DNA of 63,614 nt, filler included, from Phoronis australis (lineage: Eukaryota > Animalia > Phoronida): assembly GCA_002633005.1 (NCBI GenBank). It is 11 parts of 11 records of this genome, joined end to end, with 100 filler letters (N's around TTAATTAATTAA, not from the genome) between each part and the next. Parts side by side here need not be neighbours in the genome. Positions count along the whole stretch, not along the records: positions 1 to 26,054 come from NMRA01000278.1; positions 26,155 to 28,160 come from NMRA01001595.1; positions 28,261 to 30,272 come from NMRA01003896.1; positions 30,373 to 33,429 come from NMRA01003252.1; positions 33,530 to 46,373 come from NMRA01000721.1; 6 more parts are not named here. One strand, given 5' to 3'. Below, piece by piece: positions 24,101 to 34,709 of the stretch. The translations under genes were made by a program, and so were the position numbers. The notes beneath the pieces are model-generated. The model saw nothing but the letters and a program-made list of their open reading frames with translations, was not told the DNA's origin and searched no databases. Within the stretch, counting starts at the first letter, position 1. The number at the start of each line of letters is the position of its first letter.

Positions 24101-26054
24101 TATAACAGTATGTTACAGTAAAGTGAGGTACAGAACAGTATATTTAATAGTACACTGAGGTACAGTACACTATAATAATACAATGCAGTGTGGCAAAGTA
24201 CAGTACATTACAGTACAGTACAACACAGTACAGTTCAGTACATCAGAACACCATGACTCAATTTTGCAAAAATCAACACAATTCTAGTGTGACGGGAGCA
24301 AAGTTCACAATACGCATGCCCAAAGGGAGCACAAACTTGGTCTTTCCTAGGCCCAAATTCAACAGACCATCAAACTAGTTTTTATCTTCATACTCCATTT
24401 CTCGATTAACGCCAGTCCGCATATTTTCCAAACCCTATCGGGACATTAATAGGCACATGATGTTCTCAGTGACCTCTGAACTCTGCAGCACAGTACATGT
24501 ACCACAAATGAACCTCTGAACTCTGTACTGCAGTACGTGTACCACAAATGAACCTCTGAGATCGGTAGTGCAATTTGGGTACCACAAATGAACCTCTGAA
24601 ATCTGTAATGTAACTTCTGTTGTACCACAAATGAACTTCTGAACTCTGCAGCACAGTACGGGCACCACAAATGAACTTCTGAACTCTGTACCGCACTATA
24701 GGTACAACACATGAATTTCTAAACTCTGCAGAAAAGTATGGGTATCAGAAGGGAACATCTGAACTCTGTAGCACAGTATGGATACCGCAAATGAACTTCT
24801 GAACTCTACAGCCCAGTAAGAGTACCACAAATGAATTTCAGCTGAACTCTTTAGCACAGTACGGGTACCACAAATGAATTTCAGCTGAACTCTGTAGCCC
24901 AGTACGAGTACCACAAATGAATTTCAGCTGAGCTCTTTAGCACAGTACGAGTACCACAAATGAATTTCAGCTGAATTCTGTAGCCCAGTACGAGTACCAC
25001 AAATGAATTTCAGCTGAACTCTTTAGCACAGTACGAGTACCACGAATGAATTTCAGTTGAACTCTTTAGCACAGTACAGGTATCAGAGGTGAACATCTGA
25101 ACTCTTTAGTACAGTACGAGTACCACAAATAGTTTGACAAGCCTTCACCCACTTACCACACAATACCGCAGACAACTAATTTTTTATTTCTAAGTCAAAC
25201 TTTTCAGTCCAAAGATATAGAAAATCTATTACTAGCATAGTTGATCTGAGTGTAGACATCATAAAACAAACTTACTAGCACGGTTTAACTGAGTGTAGAC
25301 ATAATAAAAAAAATTACTAGCATGGTTTAACTGACAGAGTGACTTGATGTATACATCATTAAACAAAATTTCATCAAAGTTTCCAATATTTGCAGAAAAG
25401 GAACCAGTTACAGGTAGAAAAATAAAAATTGTGGCAAAATAAAACAACCACAGTGCCTAGTTCAATATGCTTACTTACCTTGAGAACCTGTTTATATTCA
25501 GTGTAACACAGTGACTGAAACCTTCAGGTATAATAAAATTAAAATAAAAGTAACAGACAAACTCCAAATTAAACTGCTTTAATTTTAGAGATGTGATAAA
25601 CCAACTTCTAGTTCTTACCCAAAATGCCACATGCTTCAGACTTGAATCCCTTGAAGGACATGGCCACAGAAGTGTTAATGTCATTATTACTTACCCACAA
25701 TGCCACAGGCTTCAGACTTGAATCCCTTGAAGGACATGGCCACAGAAGTGTTAATGTCATTATTACTTACCCACAATGCCACATGCTTCAGACTTGAATC
25801 CCTTGAAGGACATGGCCACAGAAGTGTTAATGTCATTATTACTTACCCACAATGCCACATGCTTCAGACTTGAATCCCTTGAAGGACATGGCCACAGAAG
25901 TGTTAATGTCATTATTACTTACCCACAATGCCACATGCTTCAGACTTGAATCCCTTGAAGGACATGGCCACAGAAGTGTTAATGTCATTATTACTTACCC
26001 ACAATGCCACATGCTTCAGACTTGAATCCCTTGAAGGACATGGCCACAGAAGTG
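130..26054 (-). CDS. Giant multi-exon FN3-like repeat protein (uncharacterised invertebrate family), partial; whole-gene span
   Basis: Exons reconstructed by hand, in transcription order: [25999-26054 partial], 23693-23820, 23275-23485, 20935-21062, 20255-20441, 19564-19784, 18988-19109, 18523-18629, 17244-17480, 15636-16883, 14682-14788, 12247-12442, 7485-7708, [7179-7328 next to n], 5553-6140, 2966-3207, 2463-2613, 1984-2097, 1002-1193, 130-222. All have AG/GT boundaries and compatible phases, except across the n at 7329. Recurrent motifs: SDGFQLDSTPP, GVTVDVTPP, SDGVTLNKYPPKPGEVRDG, WKDFRDAESGIDYY, GITVDISPP, VRAVNAAGL, LRATNVAGL. Confidence 0.85.
741..848 (+). repeat. 54-bp tandem duplication (intronic)
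   Basis: GGGCACATGTAAAGAATGTCACC.CCTCGAGTACTC.GGGTATGAAGTTAAGGG occurs twice. Confidence 0.85.
3490..3789. mobile_element. Foldback/MITE-like element with about 125-bp imperfect terminal inverted repeats
   Basis: Left arm TAATAAATAACCAAATAGTACACAACTTCA...AACCAGCATGATGTAAAGGTCAAGGTAACAAGTAAAAGGCCAT is the reverse complement of right arm ATGGCCTTTTACTTGTGACCTTGACCTTTTCATCATGCTGGTT...TGAAGTTGTGTACTATTCGGCTATTCATTA. Confidence 0.75.
4924..5206. mobile_element. Second (allelic) copy of the foldback MITE, with a short internal deletion
   Basis: Same arms as 3490-3789. Lacks about 15 bp (CCTCACACCTACATG) in the spacer. Confidence 0.7.
5553..6140 (-). CDS. Exon of the FN3-like repeat gene containing a Cys-rich insert (CIGCYRECDFNCNPNC)
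   Basis: 588 bp, CTCAG| acceptor and |GTGAGT donor. Contains FYDFESHIGKIYIGV and GITVDISPP. Confidence 0.85.
6778..6983 (+). mobile_element. tRNA-derived SINE, family A
   Basis: A-box TGGCTTAGTGG (6789) and B-box GGTTCGAGTCC (6833). Body TTGAGTCAGGTCTCTAGCTCCTC...GGTTTTAAC...AGGTGATCAGTGCA is shared with copies at 31517 and 47669 on other contigs. Confidence 0.8.
6983..7143 (+). repeat. 14-bp minisatellite (ACCAGACGACGCGC), about 11 copies
   Basis: Read directly from the sequence. It explains the spurious TTRTRRRAPDDAHQ ORFs. Confidence 0.95.
8076..9755 (-). mobile_element. Helentron-associated non-autonomous element (HINE/DINE-1/Pearl-like)
   Basis: On the minus strand: T-run, 5' imperfect palindrome (CCCTACATATTTATATGTGG), (CCGT/CTGT)n microsatellite, about 400-bp internal tandem units, 3' hairpin TCAACGC-TCT-GCGTTGA and terminal CTTGTT. 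Confidence 0.7.
9918..10646. mobile_element. 729-bp non-autonomous DNA transposon insertion with TA target-site duplication (Tc1/mariner-pogo type by TSD)
   Basis: Filled site GAC-TA[CTTTGAACGCCCG...CGACTTTACCG]TA-AGTATTG versus empty site GAC-TA-AGTATTG at 11485-11496. The internal segment 10430-10640 has a diverged relative at 22889-23097. Confidence 0.8.
10866..11318 (-). mobile_element. Allelic partial copy of the HINE 5' part
   Basis: Near-identical to 9300-9755, and the flank continues identically. Lies just after the n at 10792. Confidence 0.7.
12652..13140 (+). repeat. 29-bp minisatellite (GTTAGATGGTGGTAAGTCATTGCCCTATC), about 17 copies
   Basis: Read directly from the sequence. The array resumes at 13944-14098 in the duplicated haplotype. 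Confidence 0.95.
13000..14909. repeat. About 0.95-kb direct duplication around the single n at 13942, including a duplicate exon (13714-13820 = 14682-14788)
   Basis: The two exon copies differ only at synonymous sites (CTG/CTT, TCG/TCT), consistent with alleles. Confidence 0.8.
15636..16883 (-). CDS. Largest exon (1248 bp, 416 codons) of the FN3-like repeat gene, about 3 repeat units
   Basis: ORF 15565..16833. Acceptor GGATAG|GCTAC, donor CCAG|GTAGGG, phase 1 at both ends. Confidence 0.9.
18117..18288 (+). repeat. 21-bp minisatellite (CATGGCCTGAATGTATGCACG), about 8 copies
   Basis: Read directly from the sequence. It gives spurious HGLNVCT/MHAWPEC ORFs. Confidence 0.95.
19884..20130 (+). 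repeat. 13-bp minisatellite (GAGATGGACGCGA grading into GAGATGAATGTAA), about 19 copies
   Basis: Read directly from the sequence; the unit changes gradually along the array. Confidence 0.9.
22889..23097 (+). mobile_element. Diverged relative of the 9918-10646 element (intronic fragment)
   Basis: Shared blocks: ATCCGA.GTTTATGACA, CATTGAAAAACAGTTTT, ATTTCGGAAATATT.ATTCTTG, AAAATGGCGGGC..AAAATCACGCGACT. Confidence 0.65.
23831..24242 (+). repeat. Degenerate (CAGTA)n-based satellite with a higher-order unit of about 30 bp
   Basis: Repeated TACAGTGAGGTACAGTACAGTATAT. Confidence 0.85.
24468..25130 (+). repeat. 40-43-bp minisatellite (TGAACTCTGTAGCACAGTACGAGTACCACAAATGAATTTCAGC), about 16 copies
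   Basis: Read directly from the sequence. Confidence 0.9.
25615..26054 (-). repeat. 76-bp tandem array (5 full copies plus 1 partial, truncated by the contig end) made of an exon 3' end plus splice donor
   Basis: Units start at 25615, 25691, 25767, 25843, 25919 and 25995. The minus strand reads NDINTSVAMSFKGFKSEACGIV-G|GTAAG. Confidence 0.9.
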
Positions 26055-26154
26055 NNNNNNNNNNNNNNNNNNNNNNNNNNNNNNNNNNNNNNNNNNNNTT
26101 AATTAATTAANNNNNNNNNNNNNNNNNNNNNNNNNNNNNNNNNNNNNNNNNNNN
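26055..26154. other. Artificial contig linker N-TTAATTAATTAA-N (first of 10)
   Basis: The same 12-mer, with stops in all six frames, sits inside N-runs at ten positions. Confidence 0.97.
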
Positions 26155-26787
26155 TCTAATAAAAAATGAAAAAGTTTTAGGAAAAGAAAAAAAAAAACAA
26201 GAGGCAAAAACCATCAGTGGTCATGTAATAAAACAAAAATGGACCGATCCCTCAGGCGTGTCGGATCATGGGAAGCACTGGTACCCTTGGCTTCAGGCCT
26301 CGTGCAATACTGCTATCCCTCGATCCGTATCACATGATATCATCTTCGGGATTATTCTCTATTGGTATGAAGGCTGCAAAATACATTAAAACAATGATAT
26401 CCTTACCAAAGGAAATATCACGATTGTTTTTATTTTTGCGAAAGGGAAAACCTCCAAGTTGAAGTTGAGGTATGCACAACTATGCGTGCATGCCTCTGTT
26501 CCAGTCTCACTCACAGAGGACCAACCTAAGTCTGGTGTTCTTTGCAATTATCTCGAGCTAGATAGACACATGAAAATGAGAAAGCTGTTAAAGGGCAGCC
26601 TTTGATAATAACCTTGCAAACACAACAGGCGAACTAACACTTCCAGGAACAATTTCATTGATTTCTCTCTCTGTATATGTATCTAAAAACACAAGAAACC
26701 GCTTGATTCAGCTTGTTGATTTAGATGTGTGTTTGGTATCACTGATGTTACTTTTAAGCCGGCCACATTTGCAACTAGAAAAACACT

Positions 26788-26872
26788 TACCGTATTCGTC
26801 GTAATAACCGCCCATGCCCCTATAAGCGCCCGTCCACACCTTTTCGGACTTCGCTAAAATAAGCGCCCAGTC
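26788..26872 (+). mobile_element. Probable Tc2/pogo-like MITE left end
   Basis: TA-CCGTATT... followed by repeated ATAAGCGCCC subterminal motifs. No partner end was found before the n at 27130. Confidence 0.4.
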
Positions 26873-28260
26873 CATGAACGTGTACGTGCGAAAAATGCCT
26901 TCTACAGTAACGCCACCAATTTATCAATAACATCCGACAGTCCTGAAAAAAATCATTGTGCGCAGAATTTGTAGACCACGAGCCTTGCCGCTATGTCGAT
27001 ATTTAGCCTTGACTATACACTTGAAACTTCCGCCATGCCTCGAAACAAACACAAAAGTTTTGCTGATCTTGCGAGACAAATGGTCTGGCCTTTCAGAACA
27101 GAAGTAGTGTACTTGTCTACGGGATTGCTNTTTTTTTATTTAGTCCTCCCGATCTTTGTCGCGGAAAGGTTCACATCGACCATTTCAAGGCTGGGTAGCG
27201 CGCATGATTTGGGCCGTAAAAGTTTCCGCGTTTTTTGTCATTGGTCATTCCAAGCCCTGATACATGAACCTGTCATCAAAGACATTAATCGGGAACTATC
27301 CATTCATGAAACGGGTAGCATAGCATCGGCAAGAGTTTCTATTACAAGAAGAAATATTTGCGTTATTTTTAAGATGAATTGTTTGATTAACCATAATTGG
27401 TGTTTTTAAGCCAAATATCCGATAAAATGACCACTGACAGTGAATGCTTACACACCCTTACACCGAAAAATAACTGTCACGTACGCATCCAGCCACACGG
27501 CGACTAATATGGGCCTTACCGAGACAAATGTCGAACCGTTTTTAGCACATGAGACCGGCAACTGCTGAATGAAACACGCTCTGGTTTAGGCCTACATCTT
27601 GTGCAAATTTCTTTAGATACAATGCACATCTAGTACCTTGTTAGATTGCATGGCTCTGGCCGAAAGACGGTCTCTGCTCTGGCAAATGAACTCTGGTGAC
27701 ACGCACGCGCTCGCTTACTCAACGCAGACGAACTTCAAAACAAACGTCACGTGACAACAACATGTGTGTTTGTCCAGACATTTTGCTCATGTTGCCAATC
27801 ATACATGAAGATGGCACGATGTAGCACAGATTTGTACTTAAACCTGCCGTTAATCCCGACTGCACGGGAACTACTTGGAAAACTTAAGGAGGATTTCAGG
27901 TAATTTGCTTGAGTCGAAACTGTATTTTTATTCAAGCATTCAAGTCGCCATATTGACGATTGCGAGGCAGTCAGTCGGCGAGTTTTCGCCCTGGGATTTC
28001 AGCACAATTTTCTGTAAAATGATGGTAATTTAGCAGCTATGTTTGATAGCAATGCACCAAGGTTTTGTAGTAAGTCTTTCATAGATTACAGACATGTCAC
28101 AGAGAGTAAATGTGTTGAATCTTAGCTTCCGATTTCACCCGTTTCGGAGACCGGTTTTCANNNNNNNNNNNNNNNNNNNNNNNNNNNNNNNNNNNNNNNN
28201 NNNNTTAATTAATTAANNNNNNNNNNNNNNNNNNNNNNNNNNNNNNNNNNNNNNNNNNNN

Positions 28261-28348
28261 TGCAGATATTTGACTTGCTGTACTTGGGCAGCACGTTTTG
28301 CATGGTGCAAAACTTGTTAAAGCACAATACTGTACTTGTTGTTAACGG
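28261..28348 (-). mobile_element. Penelope-like element ORF N-terminal relic
   Basis: Translates FNKFCTMQNVLPKYS, homologous to 46255-46345 (FNKFCITENLLPKYS). Resembles the F-x(3)-C-x(4)-LLPKY N-terminal motif of Penelope/Poseidon ORFs. Confidence 0.4.
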
Positions 28349-29012
28349 ACTGTCTCCTTCGCGCCTGTGTGGGTGCGCGCGTGTGTATATGTGTATGCAT
28401 ATGTACATATATATATATATCGCGTCTCTTTCTTCTCTGCCTGTCTCCATTTCCCTTTCTCCGCCCCTCCCTTCCTCTCTGTGTGTCTTTCTCCGTCCTG
28501 CTGGCTTTTTTCCCTTCTCTTCCGCCCCCTTACTGCCTCACTCCACTTTATCTCAGTTTTGAATGGCTGTTTTAACATTGGGTAATTAAATTTTAGCTCC
28601 GTCTGCAGAAAAGATTAGAAGATTCACAAACACTTGAAGAAAATCGGGCATTCCAAAATGGCTACATAGTCTAAGTAGATCAAAGTATTTTAATTTCGCT
28701 AGAACTGAGCCGAATTTGAGCTTTTTGGTTGGCTTCAACAGAAAGGTAAAAGATCAAACTCCATATAAGGAATGAGAGAAATATGTATGCTGTCTCGTAA
28801 ACTATTACCACCAGTGAGCGGCAGGGAAGTTTTGTACATTTTTTCAATTAAGTCTGCGCGCAACTTAGGTGACAATGCAGAGTTTAATGGGGTTTTTAAA
28901 GAAACCACATCTTCGGTAAAGATCCTCTTACTTGTGTGCAAACATCCAATTGGTGTGTGGTTGACATTGGTCAGGTTCAACTGGTCATGCAGGAAGGCAC
29001 CGGTGACAGATA

Positions 29013-30257
29013 TTTTTACTTGGCGAAATAAATTTCGCCAAGTATGTTGCTCTGTCACTAAATTTTTACTTGGCGAAATAAATTTCGCCAAGTATATTGC
29101 TCTGACACTAAGTTTGTTTTTTTTTGTTTGTTCGCACGATACAGGTCGCAATTTTCGTCCGATCATCACGAAATTTACACATAACACGTACTTCCGGAAG
29201 TACTGGAAGCCAAAATCGGATTCAAGATGGCGGCTGTGGCGGCCATTTTGTTTCCATTTAAAGGTTCAAATGCTTCTGGAGGCTACAATTTTTTACGTAA
29301 AAGGCNTAAGAATCGGCACAGTAAATGGACCTGAACTTTGCTACAAGTATACCGGAAATTGTTTACTTCCGGTTAAAGATGGCGGAAATATCGGCGATCG
29401 CGCATGCGCACCTCGATTTTGGCCTAAAAATGTTTTCTCCTCTAGAGGGCGCATTATCAAACCAATTCCTTCGAATTTTTGCAGGTATTAGTTTCTTATC
29501 ACATGCTTTTACGCAGTCGAAAAACCGGAAGTTGCTTTCAAGATGGCGGATCTGGCGCATGTTGACCCATTTTCAGTCGTCTCGGGTGCAATTTTAAACG
29601 GGAAGAGAAAAAGACGTGATTTTTGAATGTAGATTCTTTGAAGTATAATCTTTCAAATGGCCTGTAACAATTTTTTCTCAGACTTACCGTTTTTGAGTTA
29701 TTTGACTTTGAATTTCTTAAAAAAACCCCAAAATTTCATTTTTTTCGAAAAATTTACGGAATTAGACGATACCATCAGATTATATAGAATTTTGAACGGG
29801 CTTTCAGAAGATGTTTTCCATTTTTCGCTAGAACGTCCACTTTTCGAGTTATTTTAGATTTTCTGATAACGCTGTTCTTTTGTTGAGCGCTCTTGCTGCA
29901 TTGATGTTGGTATATCTTCTATTGAACTAGACTGTAGACTATTTCTTATTGATTTATGACATCTTAATTCGTCATATGAATGTTGTGATGTTGTTCATCA
30001 TCGCCACCACCATCATCATATTCGTCATCATCTTCGTCATCATCTCCGTCGTTGTCTTTTCCGTTAATTTCGCCCAAGTGTCGCACAAGACTGTAGCCTT
30101 TTTCTTACTGATTTCGGACCTCTACGTTCGCCATGTGTATGTTATTAATACTTCTTTTTTCACCATCGTCGTCATATTCGTCATCTTTGTCATCATCTTT
30201 ATCGTCATCTTTTTGGTTAATTTCGCCAAGGTTCGCTCCTCGGAGCGCTTTCATTTT
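29013..30257 (+). mobile_element. Apparently complete HINE/DINE-like element with a duplicated 5' end
   Basis: 5' T-run followed by a perfect 13-bp palindrome TACTTGGCGAAAT-AA-ATTTCGCCAAGTA, present twice (50-bp tandem), then a GTTT tract. The 3' end has subTIR AATTTCGCCAAG (30219), hairpin CGCTCC-TC-GGAGCG and a T-run. Confidence 0.7.
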
Positions 30258-31190
30258 TTTTTTTTTTTTTTTNNNNNNNNNNNNNNNNNNNNNNNNNNNN
30301 NNNNNNNNNNNNNNNNTTAATTAATTAANNNNNNNNNNNNNNNNNNNNNNNNNNNNNNNNNNNNNNNNNNNNTTTTTTACGAGCGTAGCCTAATGGTCTG
30401 CATTTGACCAACAATAGCGCGTTTGGCGTGTCTTCAGACACTAATCCGGCTCAAAGTCGTCTCATTTTTCGTCCTTTTTGGCGCCTCGGAAACTAATCTG
30501 GAAAGGATTCGTCTTCGACGAGCTGGTTCGAGAGACCTACTGGGTGACTACATTGAGAAGAAATTTGCTCTCGCGATTTTTTTTCTGATATCTAAACAAT
30601 TCAAAAGTTGCTGCGACACGCCGGTAGCGAAGCTGTTCCCGACTTGATCATTCACACAAGATAACCTTATGAACTTTTTGCGACATTTTGGAAACTTGCT
30701 TGCTTTCGCAGCCCTGTGTCGAAGAATACTGTGTGACATCGAGGCTGATAAGTGCGCACAATAACTACAGATGGCAGTAATCCTGTCGAAAAGGAACCAT
30801 CATGCTATTTTTTCCTCGTTTCTTTAAGGGCTGACTGGAAACCGGGGACGTTGTAATGCTCGAGAATAGCTTGGCGTTCTCAACAGGACGAGAACGAATC
30901 TAGTGAAATGTAAACTTATCAAGTGGAGTATTATCTAAGAATGTGATGTTGCTCAAGCAGTAAAGTAAACGTGTAAACGCGATATGAGACGATCTACACA
31001 CAATGCCTGTTCAAGCAAATGATACCGGGAGTTTCCAATGGCAAGCCCCTGAGTGCACAAAAAAAATGTTTCATCCCAGGCATAAGTTTGGCCTACTTAC
31101 GGAAACAGGGAATGAAACCACTACATCGACATAAAATTACGACAAATATCTGAACTGTCAGAGAACAAATGGCTTATATAAAACAGTTAG

Positions 31191-31220
31191 TACGAGGGTC
31201 GTTCAATAAGTTTTCGACCA
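31191..31220 (+). mobile_element. Mariner-like terminal inverted repeat fragment
   Basis: TACGAGGGTCGTTCAATAAG resembles mariner TIRs that start TA-CGAGGG. No partner end identified. Confidence 0.35.
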
Positions 31221-31516
31221 AGAAAACAGGTACTAACTGTTATATATAAGCCAGAAACGTGCAACAATTCCCTGTTTCTCATAAAACCTGAAATTGTTGT
31301 GATAGATTTAGTGTTATTTTGGTCCGAAATATAACAATGTCTTCGTTTGACTCGGCTGGCGGCTTTAGTGTGGTAAATCCTACAAACCGTAGATTTTTAT
31401 TTGAGGTTCGGGAAAAGTAAACCATTGGGCCTACATTCATTTTTCCGAATTGGCCTGTAATGGGGGAAGAGTTGGGGCTGTTTGTCGAAATTCCAAGTAT
31501 TTCAAATTGCGAACAG

Positions 31517-31668
31517 GTGGGTTCGGGTCCCACTAGGGCAAACTTGAGTCAGGTCTCTAGCTCCTCAGCTCGCTTTTAACTATATGTTAATAAATCATAA
31601 AAAATGGTCCCAGGGGCTCACGTGAGAGGCTTGCGCACTTTTAGCTGAGTACAGCGTGTTCCTGACGA
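31517..31668 (+). mobile_element. 5'-truncated SINE, family A
   Basis: B-box GGTTCGGGTCCC followed by CTTGAGTCAGGTCTCTAGCTCCTCAGCTCG.TTTTAAC, matching the 6778 and 47669 copies. Confidence 0.7.
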
Positions 31669-33542
31669 CCTGCAGTTGTTTTTTTCACACCAATCTCTCA
31701 TTAATTGGGTCAGGTGTCCAGTTATTTTTAATGAAATTTTGCGAAAAAGAAAGGTACATTCGTAGCAAAACAATGGTATCAATATCACGAACAAATTTCT
31801 TTTAATATTCATAAATGTGATACGTCACAGTTTTCTAAAGCACTAAATAGTTTCCGTTTTATGCTAATTTTTAATTTTTCCATAAAAACGGTGAGGGTCT
31901 TATTTTTATTAGCCCTTGATGTGAAAGTGAAACTTTTTATAAACAATTCTTGCCACCGTTTTGAGGAACGCTGCATAAATCATATCTCAACTTTTCATAT
32001 GAATCCGATCAGCCATTTTTGAGATATAATGTTCTCAAGTTTATAATCGAATTTGGACATTTTTTAGCGTCTTACATAACCTTATCGGTGTTAAAACGCT
32101 GTTTTAATGATTTCAGTCGAACCTGGTTCTGTCTGATGTGAAAGCTCAGCTAGTACGGTGAACTCTAGCCCATTTTGGACAAAAATAGTTGCCTTAAATA
32201 AACTTAAATTGCGTTTTTTCATTTTTCATTGTTATGAATGCCTTCAATTTTCCAGAATCGTTTGAATTTGTCTAGTTTTAGCTATGATGTAGATTTTTAA
32301 AAATGACGTAACATGTATTTGGTGCTTATCTTTTATGAGAAAAATTTTTAAAAAAAATGAAATTTCACTTGTCAGTCATTTCTTGTTCTTAATTGGTGCG
32401 ATTTTTGAGTACCTCTTTCCTGAGAGATAAAAGCAATGTTCAGCTCACACATTTCCTCAGTGGAAATAATTACTGGAAAAAAATTTTTTGAGTGTGAAAT
32501 TTCTGAAATAAATAGGTAGATGATGTGTCTTCAGATCCTGATCTTTCTCCACTAAACAACTGTGGTTAACTTATCCAAAGCGTTACTAACGCTTGGTGAT
32601 AAGCTAGACTAATAATAGCTACCAACCTGTAATTATTTGAATTATGTCAAAATAAGAACAACCGATTTTTGTTCTTTTGTGAAGGAGGCAGTGAAAGTTT
32701 CGCTCTTCTTTTTTGGTATAGTCAGCAGTTTCGTTTCGTGTTCCTATTAGTTGATTCAGTCTTGTAAAATTTTAGGCCAGAAAGCCGTAGGTGGGTTCTG
32801 TCCCAATTTTTGTTTTTGAAATTCGAGTCCGTGGTGCGGTATTCTTTTTTAGTTTCCCACTTTTTCAAAAAAATCTACCTGAGACGAGCAAAAATATAAT
32901 GGGATTTGTTTGTTTGTTTTTAATTGTCGCTTGGTAAATCATGGCGTTTTAAACCTTGCTTGTCCTGGCTGATGTGCCTTTGTGTAGCGTTTCAAAAAAA
33001 CAGCAACAGGTGACCTCTGATGACATTCATGCGGGTCGGCGTTTTTAGACGGTGAGCTCAGGCCTCAAAATGAGTCGGGGTAAATACCAAAACTAACTTG
33101 GTTTTTTTAGCCTAATATGGGCAAAATAACTGCGTCGTGTCTTTAGTGTTAACTATCAGTCTGTATTAATTTGTTTATCATACTAGCTAAAATTACGTGT
33201 TTTCATAAAAATAATTTCTGATTATTGACGAATTTTGGTGAAGGCGTCTATTTCATAAAAGTCACTTAGACAACTATTTCAGAAAAATAATTAAATCTCA
33301 TATGAGCAAAGTGCAAAGTCTCTGAGAATATACACATAACTTCTAGGTACTGATATAATTTCTATAAATCATGTCACGTATAAATCCCTGGTCGTATGCT
33401 ACTTGGTTAAATCGTTTTCAGCAATCTTGNNNNNNNNNNNNNNNNNNNNNNNNNNNNNNNNNNNNNNNNNNNNTTAATTAATTAANNNNNNNNNNNNNNN
33501 NNNNNNNNNNNNNNNNNNNNNNNNNNNNNGAACGGTTTTACC

Positions 33543-33727
33543 GCGTATTGCATAGCCACAACACCACATGACCATGTGTATTGCAAACTGAATCATCGCA
33601 TTACCGTGTATTACATAGTCACATCACCATCTGATCATGTATTGCACAGCAACATCACCACATGACCATGTGTTATATAGCCACGTCATGACATGACCAT
33701 GTGTTACATAGCCAGGTCACCACATGA
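33543..33727 (+). repeat. Degenerate 31-33-bp tandem repeat (ACATCACCACATGACCATGTGTATTGCATAGCC), about 6 copies
   Basis: Read directly from the sequence. Confidence 0.75.
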
Positions 33728-34709
33728 GTTGGCAATCCCGACTTGGGTGGATTGTTACGGAATGCTGGCAAGACCTGTAGACCATCATAAGATTTGGCGG
33801 TTATAACAAGTAGGTAGCAAACCTAATGGGGTGTGGTGTTGCCCATGTAATGCATGGTGATTTTTCGAGAAGTCCTTCATTATGTTATGGTTTCACGAAA
33901 TCTTTGTCTGTGCAGCCCAGACAGGGCCACCTGGCGGGCGTTCCGGAAGACTGCCTTGAAGAAAGCAAGCCAAACAAAGATCTTGCAAAGCGCACGGGGT
34001 ACAAAGATGCAAGTCTTTATACCATTATGCCAGGGAGCTTACTCGTACATGTATATCCAGGTGTAATTCCCTAAAAGTACTGTTTTAGGCAAACGGTGCA
34101 TCAACAGCATCAATTTTAACAACGCAAATGTGAAAACGGATGTTGCAAACATGCAGAGCTCTTTGTAGCTCGGATACACCACATCGCTTCCAGGCAAGTA
34201 GTGATGCAGACAAAATGACTGAGAAGTGAGATTGGAATGTGGTATTATGACAATGAATTCATGTTTTCCTGTCCATAAACGCACAAGCCCGACGTTTCGC
34301 CATGCGCCGAGAGAGTACATGTACATGTATGATAAATAGCTTGCAATCTTCAGAACGAACACCGGATTGATTTCCTTAGAACACAAGACATACCTTTGCG
34401 CTGCCGGCGAAAAATTCTAGCTTATTTTACAAAAACACTGCACTAAATATCATATTTGAACAAAATCCATCAACACAGTAGATATATGTAGTTCAGTTAT
34501 CACCATTTTCTCCCGTACTGCACATGTACTGTAGGTCAGGCTAACAAACTCCCGAGCATACTTGTGAAACACTCGCATCACACTAACGAGCTTTTGTTAA
34601 GTCTTGAGATATCTTGCTTTTTGAGAGAAAATTGGTCTACACAATGCTTTCCCGATATTAGCCATCAGGGTGAATCAATTCCAAATTAAAAACCGTCAAT
34701 CCTACTTAC

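Noticed and set aside
24468-25130. About 42-bp repeats and the overlapping ORFs 24435-24914
   Set aside because: An intronic minisatellite with no spacers. The ORFs are by-products of the repeat.
26099-26110. Recurrent TTAATTAATTAA palindrome within N-runs
   Set aside because: Artificial six-frame-stop linker between contigs; not biological.
28772-30320. 239-aa ORF and a hydrophobic 123-aa 'membrane protein' ORF
   Set aside because: Both lie in a non-coding HINE. The hydrophobicity comes from (CAT/CGT)n repeats, and the ORFs cross n/N bases.
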